Both the position numbers and the translations under genes were made by a program. From contig CBDCTA010000004.1 of assembly GCA_965221955.1 (NCBI GenBank), positions 85,452 to 149,451 of the forward strand: a stretch of 64,000 nt of DNA, given 5' to 3'. Positions 30,695-41,500 of this stretch are shown in pieces (position 1 is the stretch's first letter; every line of letters starts with the position of its first letter). Below the pieces are notes generated by a model. The model had not been told where the DNA came from and did not search any database. It was given only the letters and a program-made list of their open reading frames with translations. This DNA comes from Gammaproteobacteria bacterium (GTDB taxonomy: Bacteria > Pseudomonadota > Gammaproteobacteria > UBA4575).

Positions 30695-32038
30695 ATGTGC
30701 AAACTGAAATACATTACCAACGATTGTGCAGTTCAATCGTATACATATATTGATAACCGTACCAATAAAATAAAGTACAAATGTGTCAAATATATTGTGC
30801 CATCGCTATTGATCGTACTGATCGTTCAGTTCTTTTATTTATCACCAACTTATGCATTAAATTTGCGTGAAGTTGAGCAGATCACAGAACAAACAGATTT
30901 TATCTCCAAAGCGCGCCAATTTCGAGGCGATGCGCTTGGTGAATCTGCCATTGCAGATGCGCAGCTACCAGATCCACAATTGAATCTTGGCTTATTTAAT
31001 CTACCTACAGATGACTTTGATATAAATAGTGAACCCAATACTCAATTACGACTTGGTGTATCACAATCTTTCCCGCGTGGAAAAACACTTGCTTTTAAAG
31101 AAAAACAAACTAAATGGGCAAGTGATGCAGAATATAAACGTGCATCTGATGAAGTTTTAAAATCTATTCGATCAGTACGCGAACATTACTTTAGCCTTTA
31201 CTATCAAATTGGTGCCCAAGAAATAATAGAAGAAAGTCGCCAATATTTTGTGCAGCTAGTTGACATTGCAGAATCTTATTACAAAGTTGGACGCGTCAAT
31301 CAACAAGACCTATTACGTGCACAACTCGAGCTATCACGATTAGATGATCGGGTTATCGACTTAAAAACTAATGAAGACCTAGCTAGAGCTGAGTTAAGTA
31401 AGTGGCTAGACAAAAAAGCGTTTGAGTCAATAGAAAAAGATTACCCAACACTCCCTAAACTTGACTCAGAACAAGTAATTATTGATTCACTAATCAATCA
31501 TCAGTCTATTCAAGTAGAAGACGCCATGATTTCATTTTTTAATGAAGGCGTTGAAATCGCTCGCGAACAATACAAGCCTGGATGGAGTATTGGTGTTGAG
31601 TATAGAAAACGCTTCGGAGACAACATAGATGGAACAAACCGTGAAGACCAAGCAGCTGCGATGGTAAAACTGGACCTGCCTATATTCACTAATAAACGCC
31701 AAGATCGACGTTTAGTTGCTAGTCAACATCAAGTCTCAGCTGCGAAATATGTACGAGACGATAAGTTGCAATCACTTAGACAAGCTGTTTTAAGAGACTA
31801 TGCTAATTGGGAGCGGCTATCACAAAGAAGTGATCTTTATGAATCTAAACTTGTGCCAGAAGCAAATGCGAATGCAAATGCCTCATTGACGGCATATCAA
31901 AGTGGAGTAACTGAGTTTACAACCCTAGCACGAGCTCGTATTACACAACTTAATGTGCGTTTAGAAGCATTACGAGCAAAAACAGAACGCAGTCGAGCGC
32001 ATGCGCGTCTTTTGTATCTTTCTGAAGGAGCACTGTGA
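30695..32038 (+). CDS. TolC-family outer-membrane factor of a heavy-metal efflux system
   Basis: QLPDPQL, SQSFPRG, DLPIFTNKRQD, AYQSG; RBS AAGGAG. Confidence 0.88.
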   Translation: MCKLKYITNDCAVQSYTYIDNRTNKIKYKCVKYIVPSLLIVLIVQFFYLSPTYALNLREVEQITEQTDFISKARQFRGDALGESAIADAQLPDPQLNLGLFNLPTDDFDINSEPNTQLRLGVSQSFPRGKTLAFKEKQTKWASDAEYKRASDEVLKSIRSVREHYFSLYYQIGAQEIIEESRQYFVQLVDIAESYYKVGRVNQQDLLRAQLELSRLDDRVIDLKTNEDLARAELSKWLDKKAFESIEKDYPTLPKLDSEQVIIDSLINHQSIQVEDAMISFFNEGVEIAREQYKPGWSIGVEYRKRFGDNIDGTNREDQAAAMVKLDLPIFTNKRQDRRLVASQHQVSAAKYVRDDKLQSLRQAVLRDYANWERLSQRSDLYESKLVPEANANANASLTAYQSGVTEFTTLARARITQLNVRLEALRAKTERSRAHARLLYLSEGAL

Positions 32039-33486
32039 TGAATAAAGTATTAAATTTTTCACTTTACTTTATATTGAGCTTATTTACTTTTGTTAACAGC
32101 AACACACTTCTAGCTGAAGAAGAGAAAGAAGTTTTGTATTGGGTCGCCCCTATGGATCCAAACTATAAAAGGGACAAACCAGGTAAATCTCCGATGGGAA
32201 TGGACCTAATACCCGTTTACAAAGGTCAACAACAAGGAGCTGGTAGTGAAGTCGTCATTGCACCTGAAGTGGTACAGAATTTAGGAGTTCGTACTGCAAC
32301 GGCTGATAGATCTAAGCTGTGGCAAAAAGTAAGTACTGTGGGTTTTGTGGATTATGACGAATCTAAGCTAAGTCATATTCATTTGCGTACACAAGGTTGG
32401 ATAGAAAATTTGACTGTGCAGTCTGAAGGAGATCGTGTGCAAAAAGGTCAGCTTCTTTTCAAACTTTACTCGCCTGAACTTGTAAATGCACAGGAAGAAT
32501 ATCTACAGGCACTTACGCTTGGCAATAAAACATTAGTCAATGCATCCAAACAACGCTTGTTTGCTTTAGGCGTTCCCTCTTCAGAAATTAAACGTCTCAA
32601 TAAAGAGCGCATCGCCCGACAGAATATATCTTACTATGCGCCCCAAAACGGTGTTGTATCTTCACTTAAAGTAAGAGAAGGCATGTTTGTGAAACCTGAA
32701 AACCAAGTAGCCACACTTGCAGACCTTTCTACAGTATGGGTGATGGCTGAAGTATTTGAAAGACAAAGTAGTTGGATTAAAGTTGGACAACCAGCTGAAG
32801 TACGCTTCTCTTACTTGCCAGGGAAAAAATTTGAAGGGCAAGTCGAATATATTTATCCAGACCTGGATCAGATGACTAGGGCGCTTACCGTTCGAATAAA
32901 ATTTGAAAATCCAGATGAAGCATTAAAACCAAATATGTTTGGCGATGTGTATATATTTGCTGGAGCAAAAGAAAACATCATTGTTGTACCACGTGAATCC
33001 GTAATTCGTACAGGCACTAGTGAACGCGTCATTCTTGCAAAAGGAGAAGGACGTTTTGAACCTCGTGAAGTGGTTACTGGAATCGAAAGTGGTGATTGGA
33101 TTGAAATTCAAAGTGGCTTGAATGAAGGAGAAAAAGTCGTTATTTCAGGTCAGTTTCTTATTGATTCTGAAGCCAGTACTAAAGCCAGCTTTACTCGAAT
33201 GACTACCCTTTCAAATACCAAAGAAATGGATGAGAGTGAATCGATGAGTAAGGAAATTGTGGCAACAGGAATTGTAGAAAAGATTTTCGAAGCAGAACAA
33301 AAATTACGGATTACACATGGACCTATAGAAGCACTGGGCTGGCCACAAATGAAAATGGATTTTCAAGTCACTAAAGACTATTACGTGGATGAATTCAATT
33401 TACAACCGGGCGAACACATAACCTTCACTTTAATAAAAGTGGGAGACAGTTACGAAATCTCCTCCATCAAGAAGATGGATCATTAA
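32035..33486 (+). CDS. cusB: CusB-type periplasmic adaptor with N-terminal metal-binding domain and fused C-terminal CusF-like domain
   Basis: YWVAPMDP...PGKSPMGMDL; LYSPEL; C-terminal ITHGPIEALGWPQMKMDF. Confidence 0.88.
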   Translation: MMNKVLNFSLYFILSLFTFVNSNTLLAEEEKEVLYWVAPMDPNYKRDKPGKSPMGMDLIPVYKGQQQGAGSEVVIAPEVVQNLGVRTATADRSKLWQKVSTVGFVDYDESKLSHIHLRTQGWIENLTVQSEGDRVQKGQLLFKLYSPELVNAQEEYLQALTLGNKTLVNASKQRLFALGVPSSEIKRLNKERIARQNISYYAPQNGVVSSLKVREGMFVKPENQVATLADLSTVWVMAEVFERQSSWIKVGQPAEVRFSYLPGKKFEGQVEYIYPDLDQMTRALTVRIKFENPDEALKPNMFGDVYIFAGAKENIIVVPRESVIRTGTSERVILAKGEGRFEPREVVTGIESGDWIEIQSGLNEGEKVVISGQFLIDSEASTKASFTRMTTLSNTKEMDESESMSKEIVATGIVEKIFEAEQKLRITHGPIEALGWPQMKMDFQVTKDYYVDEFNLQPGEHITFTLIKVGDSYEISSIKKMDH

Positions 33487-33500
33487 AAGGAGAATCTCAA

Positions 33501-36500
33501 ATGATTGAAAAAATAATCGATTATTCAATTAAGAATCGTGCACTCGTTTTACTGATTATATTCTTTGTTATTGGCTGGGGGGTTTATGCAGTTAAAAGTA
33601 CACCACTTGATGCAATTCCAGATTTATCAGATGTACAAGTCATCATTAAAACAAGTTATCCGGGGCAATCACCCCAAGTTGTTGAAGATCAAGTAACGTA
33701 TCCATTAAGTGTTGCGATGTTATCCGTACCTAAAGCGGTTAATGTTCGTGGATATTCGTTTTTTGGTGACTCTTATATATACATCATTTTTGAAGATGGC
33801 ACTGATCTTTATTGGGCACGCACACGTGTGCTCGAATATTTAAGTCAAGTAGCTAGTAACTTGCCTACTGCTGCAAAGACGCAGCTTGGCCCTGATGCTA
33901 CAGGTGTTGGTTGGATTTATGAGTATGCATTAGTTGATCGCAGTGGAGGTCACGATCTTGCACAACTGCGTAGTCTTCAAGATTGGTATTTGAAGTATGA
34001 ATTACAGACTGTGAATGGTGTATCTGAAGTCGCAACAGTTGGTGGAATGGTCAAACAGTACCAGGTAGTTGTGAACCCAAATAGTTTGCGCGCACATGGC
34101 ATCCCTCTTTCAAAAGTACGCCAAGCTATTGCAAGGGCAAACCAGGAAACGGGTGGCTCTGTAATTGAAATGGCAGAAGCTGAATACATGGTGCGCGCAA
34201 CAGGCTATATCGATGATATACAGGATCTACACAAAATACCTTTGGCTGTTAATGAACGTGGGACACCAATATTACTTGAAGATGTAGCTGAAATACGAAT
34301 GGGACCACAGTTAAGGCGAGGTATTGCAGAGCTTGACGGAGAAGGTGAAGTAGTTGGAGGTATAGTCGTTATGCGATTTGGGGAAAACGCATTACAAACT
34401 ATCCAAAATGTAAAGATCAAGTTAGAAGAGCTAAAAAAGGGATTGCCTGATAGTGTAGAAATTATTGAAACATATAACCGCGCTGCATTAATTGAGCGAG
34501 CTGTTGATACACTCAATGTTAGATTAATCGAAGAATTTATTATTGTAGCACTTGTTTGTGCTTTATTTTTATTTCATTTTCGCTCCGCACTCGTCATTGT
34601 TTTATCCTTACCGGTTGGCATTCTCATTGCGTTTATTGTTATGCAGCAGATGGGTATTAACGCCAACATCATGTCCTTAGGTGGCATTGCTATTGCGATT
34701 GGCGTCATGGTGGATGCTGCAGTGGTAATGATTGAAAACACTCATAAGCATTTAGAAGTAGTGGGCGCCGAACAACGAAATCGTTGGGAAATTATCAGTG
34801 AAGCGACGAAAGAAGTAGGCCCACCAATTTTTTTCTCATTGATTATCACGACTTTAAGCTTCTTACCTGTATTTACTTTAGAAGCACAGGAAGGCCGATT
34901 ATTTAGTCCTCTTGCCTATACTAAAACTTTTGCTATGGCAGGAGCCGCGGCCTTGTCTATAACATTTGTACCCGTTTTAATGGGTTATTTTATTCGTGGA
35001 CATATAACACCTGAACGTAAAAACCCGATTAATCGAATTCTCATTGCAGGGTATCGTCCACTTATCAGTTTTATCCTTAAAGCACCGAAATTGGTTTTGC
35101 TAATCGCATTGATTGTAATTATTGCAGGACTATGGCCCATGACACGTCTTGGTAGTGAATTTATGCCAGATCTAAATGAAGGCGACTTGTTGTATATGCC
35201 CACAACCTACCCTTCAATTTCGATTGGTAAAGCTCAAGAACTGTTACAACAAACCGATAAATTAATTCGAACTGTACCTGAAGTCGAAACGGTATTTGGA
35301 AAAATAGGTCGAGCGGACACTGCAACCGATACTGCACCTCTCACAATGATAGAAACCACGATAAAACTTAAACCAGAAAAAGAATGGCGTGAAGGTGTAA
35401 ATATTGATGATTTAAAAAGTGAATTAAATAAACTCATTCAGTTTCCTGGATTAACCAATGCATGGGTCATGCCAATAAAAACTCGAATCGATATGCTTTC
35501 AACGGGAATTAAGACACCGGTTGGAATTAAGATCGCAGGCGCTGACTTATCTGTAATTCAAGATATAGGTGAAGATATTCAAGAGGTCGTGAAACAAGTA
35601 CCTGGTACGGCAAGCGCTTATTCTGAACGAGTATCAAGTGGTCGATACATTATTATTGATATCGATCGTAATGCTGCAGCACGCTATGCGCTCGATATAA
35701 TGGAAATTCAAGCGGTCGTGCAAACCGCTATCGGTGGAATGCAAATATCAATGACAACGGAGGGACTTGAACGCTATCCGATTAACTTAAGATACCCACG
35801 GGACTGGCGTGATTCATTAGCGCGTCTTCGTGATCTTCCTGTCGTAACACCTACAGGTGCACAAGTCGCATTACAAGAAGTTGCAGACATTCGTATCGAA
35901 GATGGTCCAGCTTTGATTAAAACAGAAAACGCAAGGCTAAACGGCTGGATCTATGTTGATATAGAAAATCGGGACCTCGGCTCATATGTTCAAGATGCGC
36001 AAAAAGCGGTTGCAGAACATGTAAACTTACCCCCGGGTTATACCGTCTCTTGGTCAGGACAATACGAGTATCTTTTGCGTGCAAAACAACGCCTGACAAT
36101 AGTCATTCCCATTACATTAGCCATTATTGTTCTGCTTTTATATTTGAACTTTCGCCGCTTAACAGAAGTATTCATTATCATGGCGACACTTCCGATGGCG
36201 TTGGTGGGTGGGGTTTTGTTGATGTACTTATTAAATTATGACATGTCCGTTGCGGTTGGGGTTGGATTCATTGCACTTGCTGGTGTCAGCGTAGAAATTG
36301 GCATTGTAATGTTAGTGTACTTAAACCAAGCACTGAGAAAAGTAAAAGAACAAGCAGAAACTGATCGTCGCGAATTAATTAGAGATGACATTCGAAATGC
36401 AGTGATCTCAGGAGCATTGTTGCGGGTTAGGCCAATTATGATGACCGTCGCAGCTACAATTGCGGGTCTGTTGCCTATTATGCTTGGAGGTGGCACTGGA

Positions 36501-36650
36501 TCAGAAGTCATGCGACGCATCGCAACACCGATGGTTGGTGGATTGATTAGTGCAACTTTGCTCACACTTATCGTTATTCCTGCAGTATTTCTAGTTATAA
36601 ATCAATTCAAGCTGCCAGAATCAATAGATACAGAAGCTACTATCCAGTAG
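33501..36650 (+). CDS. cusA: CusA/CzcA-family Cu(I)/Ag(I) RND transporter
   Basis: DAIPDLSDVQV, LGPDATGVGW, Met triad region (YMP, TMIET, DML), RVRPIMMT. Confidence 0.95.
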   Translation: MIEKIIDYSIKNRALVLLIIFFVIGWGVYAVKSTPLDAIPDLSDVQVIIKTSYPGQSPQVVEDQVTYPLSVAMLSVPKAVNVRGYSFFGDSYIYIIFEDGTDLYWARTRVLEYLSQVASNLPTAAKTQLGPDATGVGWIYEYALVDRSGGHDLAQLRSLQDWYLKYELQTVNGVSEVATVGGMVKQYQVVVNPNSLRAHGIPLSKVRQAIARANQETGGSVIEMAEAEYMVRATGYIDDIQDLHKIPLAVNERGTPILLEDVAEIRMGPQLRRGIAELDGEGEVVGGIVVMRFGENALQTIQNVKIKLEELKKGLPDSVEIIETYNRAALIERAVDTLNVRLIEEFIIVALVCALFLFHFRSALVIVLSLPVGILIAFIVMQQMGINANIMSLGGIAIAIGVMVDAAVVMIENTHKHLEVVGAEQRNRWEIISEATKEVGPPIFFSLIITTLSFLPVFTLEAQEGRLFSPLAYTKTFAMAGAAALSITFVPVLMGYFIRGHITPERKNPINRILIAGYRPLISFILKAPKLVLLIALIVIIAGLWPMTRLGSEFMPDLNEGDLLYMPTTYPSISIGKAQELLQQTDKLIRTVPEVETVFGKIGRADTATDTAPLTMIETTIKLKPEKEWREGVNIDDLKSELNKLIQFPGLTNAWVMPIKTRIDMLSTGIKTPVGIKIAGADLSVIQDIGEDIQEVVKQVPGTASAYSERVSSGRYIIIDIDRNAAARYALDIMEIQAVVQTAIGGMQISMTTEGLERYPINLRYPRDWRDSLARLRDLPVVTPTGAQVALQEVADIRIEDGPALIKTENARLNGWIYVDIENRDLGSYVQDAQKAVAEHVNLPPGYTVSWSGQYEYLLRAKQRLTIVIPITLAIIVLLLYLNFRRLTEVFIIMATLPMALVGGVLLMYLLNYDMSVAVGVGFIALAGVSVEIGIVMLVYLNQALRKVKEQAETDRRELIRDDIRNAVISGALLRVRPIMMTVAATIAGLLPIMLGGGTGSEVMRRIATPMVGGLISATLLTLIVIPAVFLVINQFKLPESIDTEATIQ

Positions 36651-36763
36651 CTTCTGTAGAAGTTTATCCACAGCCGAGAAAATTAAGGTATAAATTAGTG
36701 GCGCATTAACTTGAGTGTGACAATTTAGTTTATATAATTCAATAAGATAGACGAATTATAAAG

Positions 36764-36782
36764 TAGCTACCGCCTCCACCAA
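36764..36782 (+). repeat. attR-like copy of tmRNA 3' end
   Basis: TAGCTACCGCCTCCACCAA; 13 bp identical to tmRNA 24176-24188. Confidence 0.8.
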
Positions 36783-37107
36783 ATTGCATACGATGATATT
36801 ACTCATTATCTCTGGAATTTTTTGCATAACCTATTTTCCAGACCTAACAAATTAGGGGAAATCTTTATTTTTAACGTATTAATCTCATAGGCAAAATCAG
36901 GAATCTTTTGGCCTGCGTAAATGCTCTAAAAGCGATGAACATACTTGTGTTGTGGACATTCCCGCGCCTCTACCTTTTCTCTGAAGATTAGTGTGATAAC
37001 ATCGCCCGTTGGCGGAAATCTAAACAATTAGGCTCGCTCTCTGGTTTGACGATTTTGAGCTTTTTATAAATTAATAGAACAATAAATGTGTAAATACATA
37101 GGGATAT

Positions 37108-38484
37108 TTGAAAATGACGAATGAATTAATCTCTCCACTTTCAGGACTTAGACGTCTTATCGAAACAAATCAGATAGAAGCATCTGATGTAGACTTTATT
37201 AACGACAAGTCTTATGTCTGGTCACCACATAACAAAATCATCAATGTCACACCGGGTCCTGCATTTGGATCAGACTTGGTAACACAATTTACCTCTACGC
37301 AAACAAGAGGCATGCGTGGTCCAGGTGTTGCAAATTACTTTACACGTGTCCGCGAAGATTATGCGAGAGTGGTGGATATGCAAGAAGGTGGACGAGCATT
37401 GTTTTACACTGGCTCGGGCACATCGGCTACCGAAGCAGCTGCAAGCTCATGTCGCACTCCAGATGAAGTGGGTTCCGACAAAGCGGTTATCGTTACTTTA
37501 GAAATCGGTTGCTTTAGTAACGCCATGGGTAATTGCGTAGAAAACATTGGTCGAGGGGTAATTCGTCTAGAGGCTGATCTTGGGGAAGACTTACCCTATG
37601 CAAAACTAAAAGAAGTTTTAGAACAAGACACAGATAAGAACATTAAGATGGTCATGGCACCACATAACGAAACGGGTGCAGGTGTTACAACAGATCCTAA
37701 AAAGTTACGTAACTTATTAGATGAACTTAACCACCCCGCTCTACTTGTGATCGATGGTATTTCTTCCATCGGTTGCATGCCATGTTCGATGAAAGACATG
37801 GGCATTGACATGCTGATTGGTTGTAGCCAAAAAGGAATGATGGGCACACCAAGCATTGGCATGATTACCTTAAGCCCGAAAGCGGTACAACAAATTCAAA
37901 AATCTGAAAAAACCATGGCTGATGCTGGGCTTAAGAAAGGAAGTCATTACCTTAACCTTGGCAAAATGATTGAAGCCATGGATGGACTTGGTTTACATAT
38001 TGAAACACCAAGTAATTACTCTCAATTCGCTGTTGCATTAGATTCAATTGCTATCGAAGGCATCGATCGTGTTTGCGAACGACATAAAGAGTGTTCAGAA
38101 GTGTATCGAACAGCCGCGATTGAAGCCGGTTTTGAATTAGTAGCGAAAGATTTGAATACTGCATCCAATGCGGTAACGGCCATTAAAGCACCTGACGGTC
38201 ATGGCGAGAAAGACATCATGCAAGTGCTCATGATCATGTTTTATAAGCACGCTGTTGAAGCAGCCGCAATTCCAGGTTACCCCGATATGGGTTGGCGTTT
38301 GTGTGCAACTGGTGGCATTCATCCGCAACATGCACTCATGGCTGCTATTGCATTCTTGAAGTCTGCTGAAGAAGCAGGTCTACCGATTGATGCAGATAAA
38401 GGCATCGCAGCAGCTGCGAATAAATATGCAGAAGTTGTTAAGTATCATCGCCCACTTCCAGGAATTGATGTATACGGAAGATAA
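37108..38484 (+). CDS. class V PLP aminotransferase (alanine/serine-glyoxylate aminotransferase-like)
   Basis: TPGP, TGSGT, HNETGAG, IDGISS, SQKG (PLP lysine). Confidence 0.85.
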   Translation: MKMTNELISPLSGLRRLIETNQIEASDVDFINDKSYVWSPHNKIINVTPGPAFGSDLVTQFTSTQTRGMRGPGVANYFTRVREDYARVVDMQEGGRALFYTGSGTSATEAAASSCRTPDEVGSDKAVIVTLEIGCFSNAMGNCVENIGRGVIRLEADLGEDLPYAKLKEVLEQDTDKNIKMVMAPHNETGAGVTTDPKKLRNLLDELNHPALLVIDGISSIGCMPCSMKDMGIDMLIGCSQKGMMGTPSIGMITLSPKAVQQIQKSEKTMADAGLKKGSHYLNLGKMIEAMDGLGLHIETPSNYSQFAVALDSIAIEGIDRVCERHKECSEVYRTAAIEAGFELVAKDLNTASNAVTAIKAPDGHGEKDIMQVLMIMFYKHAVEAAAIPGYPDMGWRLCATGGIHPQHALMAAIAFLKSAEEAGLPIDADKGIAAAANKYAEVVKYHRPLPGIDVYGR

Positions 38485-38527
38485 GCTTTTAAATATACGT
38501 CCTAGCAAGGACACTAAAACATGCACT

Positions 38528-38558
38528 AAAGCCGAGGATGTATGTCCTCGGCTTTTTT
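38528..38558. terminator. bidirectional intrinsic terminator
   Basis: aaagccgagga-tgtatg-tcctcggctttttt between convergent genes. Confidence 0.85.
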
Positions 38559-41500
38559 ATTCGACATAGTTAAATCTGCCATATCCACCCCCACCTGGTG
38601 TTTCGATGACAAAAACATCCCCTGGCTTTAACTCAATCTTATCCACACCTGATAATTCTGTAACTGAACCATCCGGGTGCTCTACTCTATTGTTTCCGAC
38701 TTGTGCGCTTTCTCCTCCGGCAAGTCCGTAGGGGGGTACTTTTCGATGGCTTGAAATAATATTAGCGGTCATGCTTTCTAAGAATTGCATCTTGCGTGTA
38801 ATACCATTGCCTCCACGATGTTTACCTTTACCACCTGAATTCAATTTGATTTCAAAAGAATTCAGTATGACTGGGAATCGCCATTCCAACACTTCTGGGT
38901 CTGTGAGTTTAGAATTTGTCATGTGACTGTGAACCGCATCGGTGCCATCATAATCCTTACTGGCACCTGTGCCTCCACACAAGGTTTCATAATACTGATA
39001 TTTTTCGTTCCCCCAAACGAAATTATTCATGGTGCCTTGTGAGGCTGAAATGATACCCAGTGCACCAAATAATGCATCGACAATGTATTGGGATGTTTCA
39101 ACATTACCGGCAAACACGGCGCCAGGATATTCTGGATTAATCATGGAATGTTTTGGAATGATAATTTCGAAAGGTTTCAAACAACCATCATTGAGTGGAA
39201 TGTTGTCATCCACAAGACATCTAAATACATACAAGACAGCCGCCTTCACCACTGCAGAAGGCGCATTAAAATTACCAGGGTGTTGAGCACTCGTTCCTGT
39301 AAAATCAATTTTGGCTTTGCGTTGCTCTTGATCCACCTTAATGGACACGACAATTTGATAACCATCATCCATTTCATATTTGAATTTTCCATCTTCAAGC
39401 ACGCTTAATGCTCTGCGTACAGATTCTTCAGCATTGTTTTGCACATGTTGCATATAGGCATGTACTGTTTTCACGCCATAATGGTTTACGATTTTGTTGA
39501 GTTCATCTGCGCCTTTTTCACAGGCTGCCAATTGCGCTTTAATATCCGCAATATTCATTGTTGGATTGCGTGCTGGCCAACGACAGCTTGTTAAAAATGA
39601 ATAGATTTCTTGTTCACGAAAGCACCCACTTTCCACAATCTTAAAGATATCAATAATAATCCCTTCTTCTTCTATGCTGACAGAATGTGCAGGTGCAGAA
39701 CCTGGTGTAGTGCCACCAATGTCGGTATGGTGCCCGCGAGCCGCTACATAAAATAATAATTCGGTTTGTTTAGAGAACACAGGTTTAATCACAGTGATGT
39801 CGGGAAGGTGTGTGCCGCCGTTGTAGGGTGTGTTTAAAATAAATGCATCGCCAGGTGTCAGATTATTTCTGTGTTCATGAATGACAGTTTTAATACTTTC
39901 ACTCATGGATCCAAGATGTACTGGCACATGCGGCGCGTTGGCCACAAGGCTTCCTGTTGGATCAAAAATGGCACAGGAAAAATCTAATCGTTCTTTTATG
40001 TTGACGGATACTGCAGTATTTTCAAGTACAGTGCCCATCTGTTCAGCAATTGACATGAACATATTATTGAAAATTTCTAACATCACCGGATCCACATCAG
40101 TACCGATGGCTTTTATTGCTTTTCTTTCTATGAAACGTTCAAGCATTAAATTATTATCAGTGGTGAGTGTACTCCGCCAACCGGTCTCTATCACAATAGT
40201 GTTGATTGAGTCATAAATAACTGCTGGCCCATTAATATGTTCATTCACGGAAAGTGAATTACGATGATAAAATGGTGTCGACTGCCACTTTCCATCGATG
40301 TAGCAATTATTCGCTACATCTGCATTGCTTTGCTGAATTTCAGAATTTAACTTTTCGAATTCAATTGGATGTTGAGTTTGAGAAGTGACTTCTACTTCAA
40401 TCGCTTCAACGACAATGTTGTGTTCTGGAGAAATGAATCCAAATCTTCTTTGATGAGTTTGCTCAAATTGTGTAACAACATTATCAATTGGTGCATGAGG
40501 AACAGTTAATATCGTATCTGATCCTTTATATCTTAAACGTAGATTGCGTTTGAAAGTTGGGTCTGTATGTTCACTATTTTGTTGTTTAAGTTCATCAATT
40601 CCTTCTTGTTGCAATTGGTTGAACAGCTTTTTTAATTCTTCCAACAAGATTCCATCCAAGATTTTGCCTATAGATTGTTGTCGATCGATAACAATATCAG
40701 CAAGACCAATACCATAGGCTGAGAGTACACTTGCATAAGGATGAATGATGATTTGTTTCATATTTAATGCATCGGCTACCAAACACGCATGTTGCCCTCC
40801 TGCACCGCCAAAACAACACAATGTATATTCGGAAACATCGTAACCACGCATCACAGATATTTTTTTGATGGCATTAGCCATGTTTTCGATGGCGATAGAA
40901 AGAAAACCTGTTGCAACCGCTTCAGGTGGTCGTTTATCACCCGTTTCTTTTCCAATGCGATCGCTAAGTTTTTGGAATTGTGCGGCAACGGTTTCATTAT
41001 CCAATGATTGATTGGCATCAGTACCGAACACATTTGGAAATAAAGCAGGTTGTAATTTACCCACCATCACGTTGCAGTCGGTAATAGTAAGTGGGCCATC
41101 ATTTCGGTAACACGCAGGGCCTGGATGCGCACCGGCTGAATTTGGACCAACTTGATAACGCTCATCGTCAAATTTAAGAACGGAACCTCCGCCAGCAGCA
41201 ATAGTATTGATCAGCATCATAGGAGCTTGCAATCGAACGCCCGCGATTTGTGTATCAAAAGTTTTATCAAAGTCACCATTGTAATGGCTTACATCCGTGG
41301 AGGTACCGCCCATATCAAAACCGATAATCTTTTTTAAGCCTGCGAGCTCGCACACTTTTACCATGCCTACCACTCCACCTGTAGGCCCAGATAAAACTGC
41401 ATCTTTCCCCCGAAACAATTTCGCATCGGTAAGACCACCATTTGATTTCATAAACATCAAATTACTTGCTTGTTCACTATGCCTTGGTAATTGTGATGAA

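Larger units (their letters stand above)
24176..36782. mobile_element. integrase-less genomic island tract at the tmRNA 3' end
   Basis: CCGCCTCCACCAA occurs at 24176-24188 and 36770-36782; internal CCGCCTCCAC at 29795-29804; accessory cargo lies between; no integrase ORF. Confidence 0.7.

Noticed and set aside
36664-36672. Perfect DnaA box TTATCCACA
   Set aside because: Single copy, with no box cluster or origin-associated genes, so not evidence for oriC.
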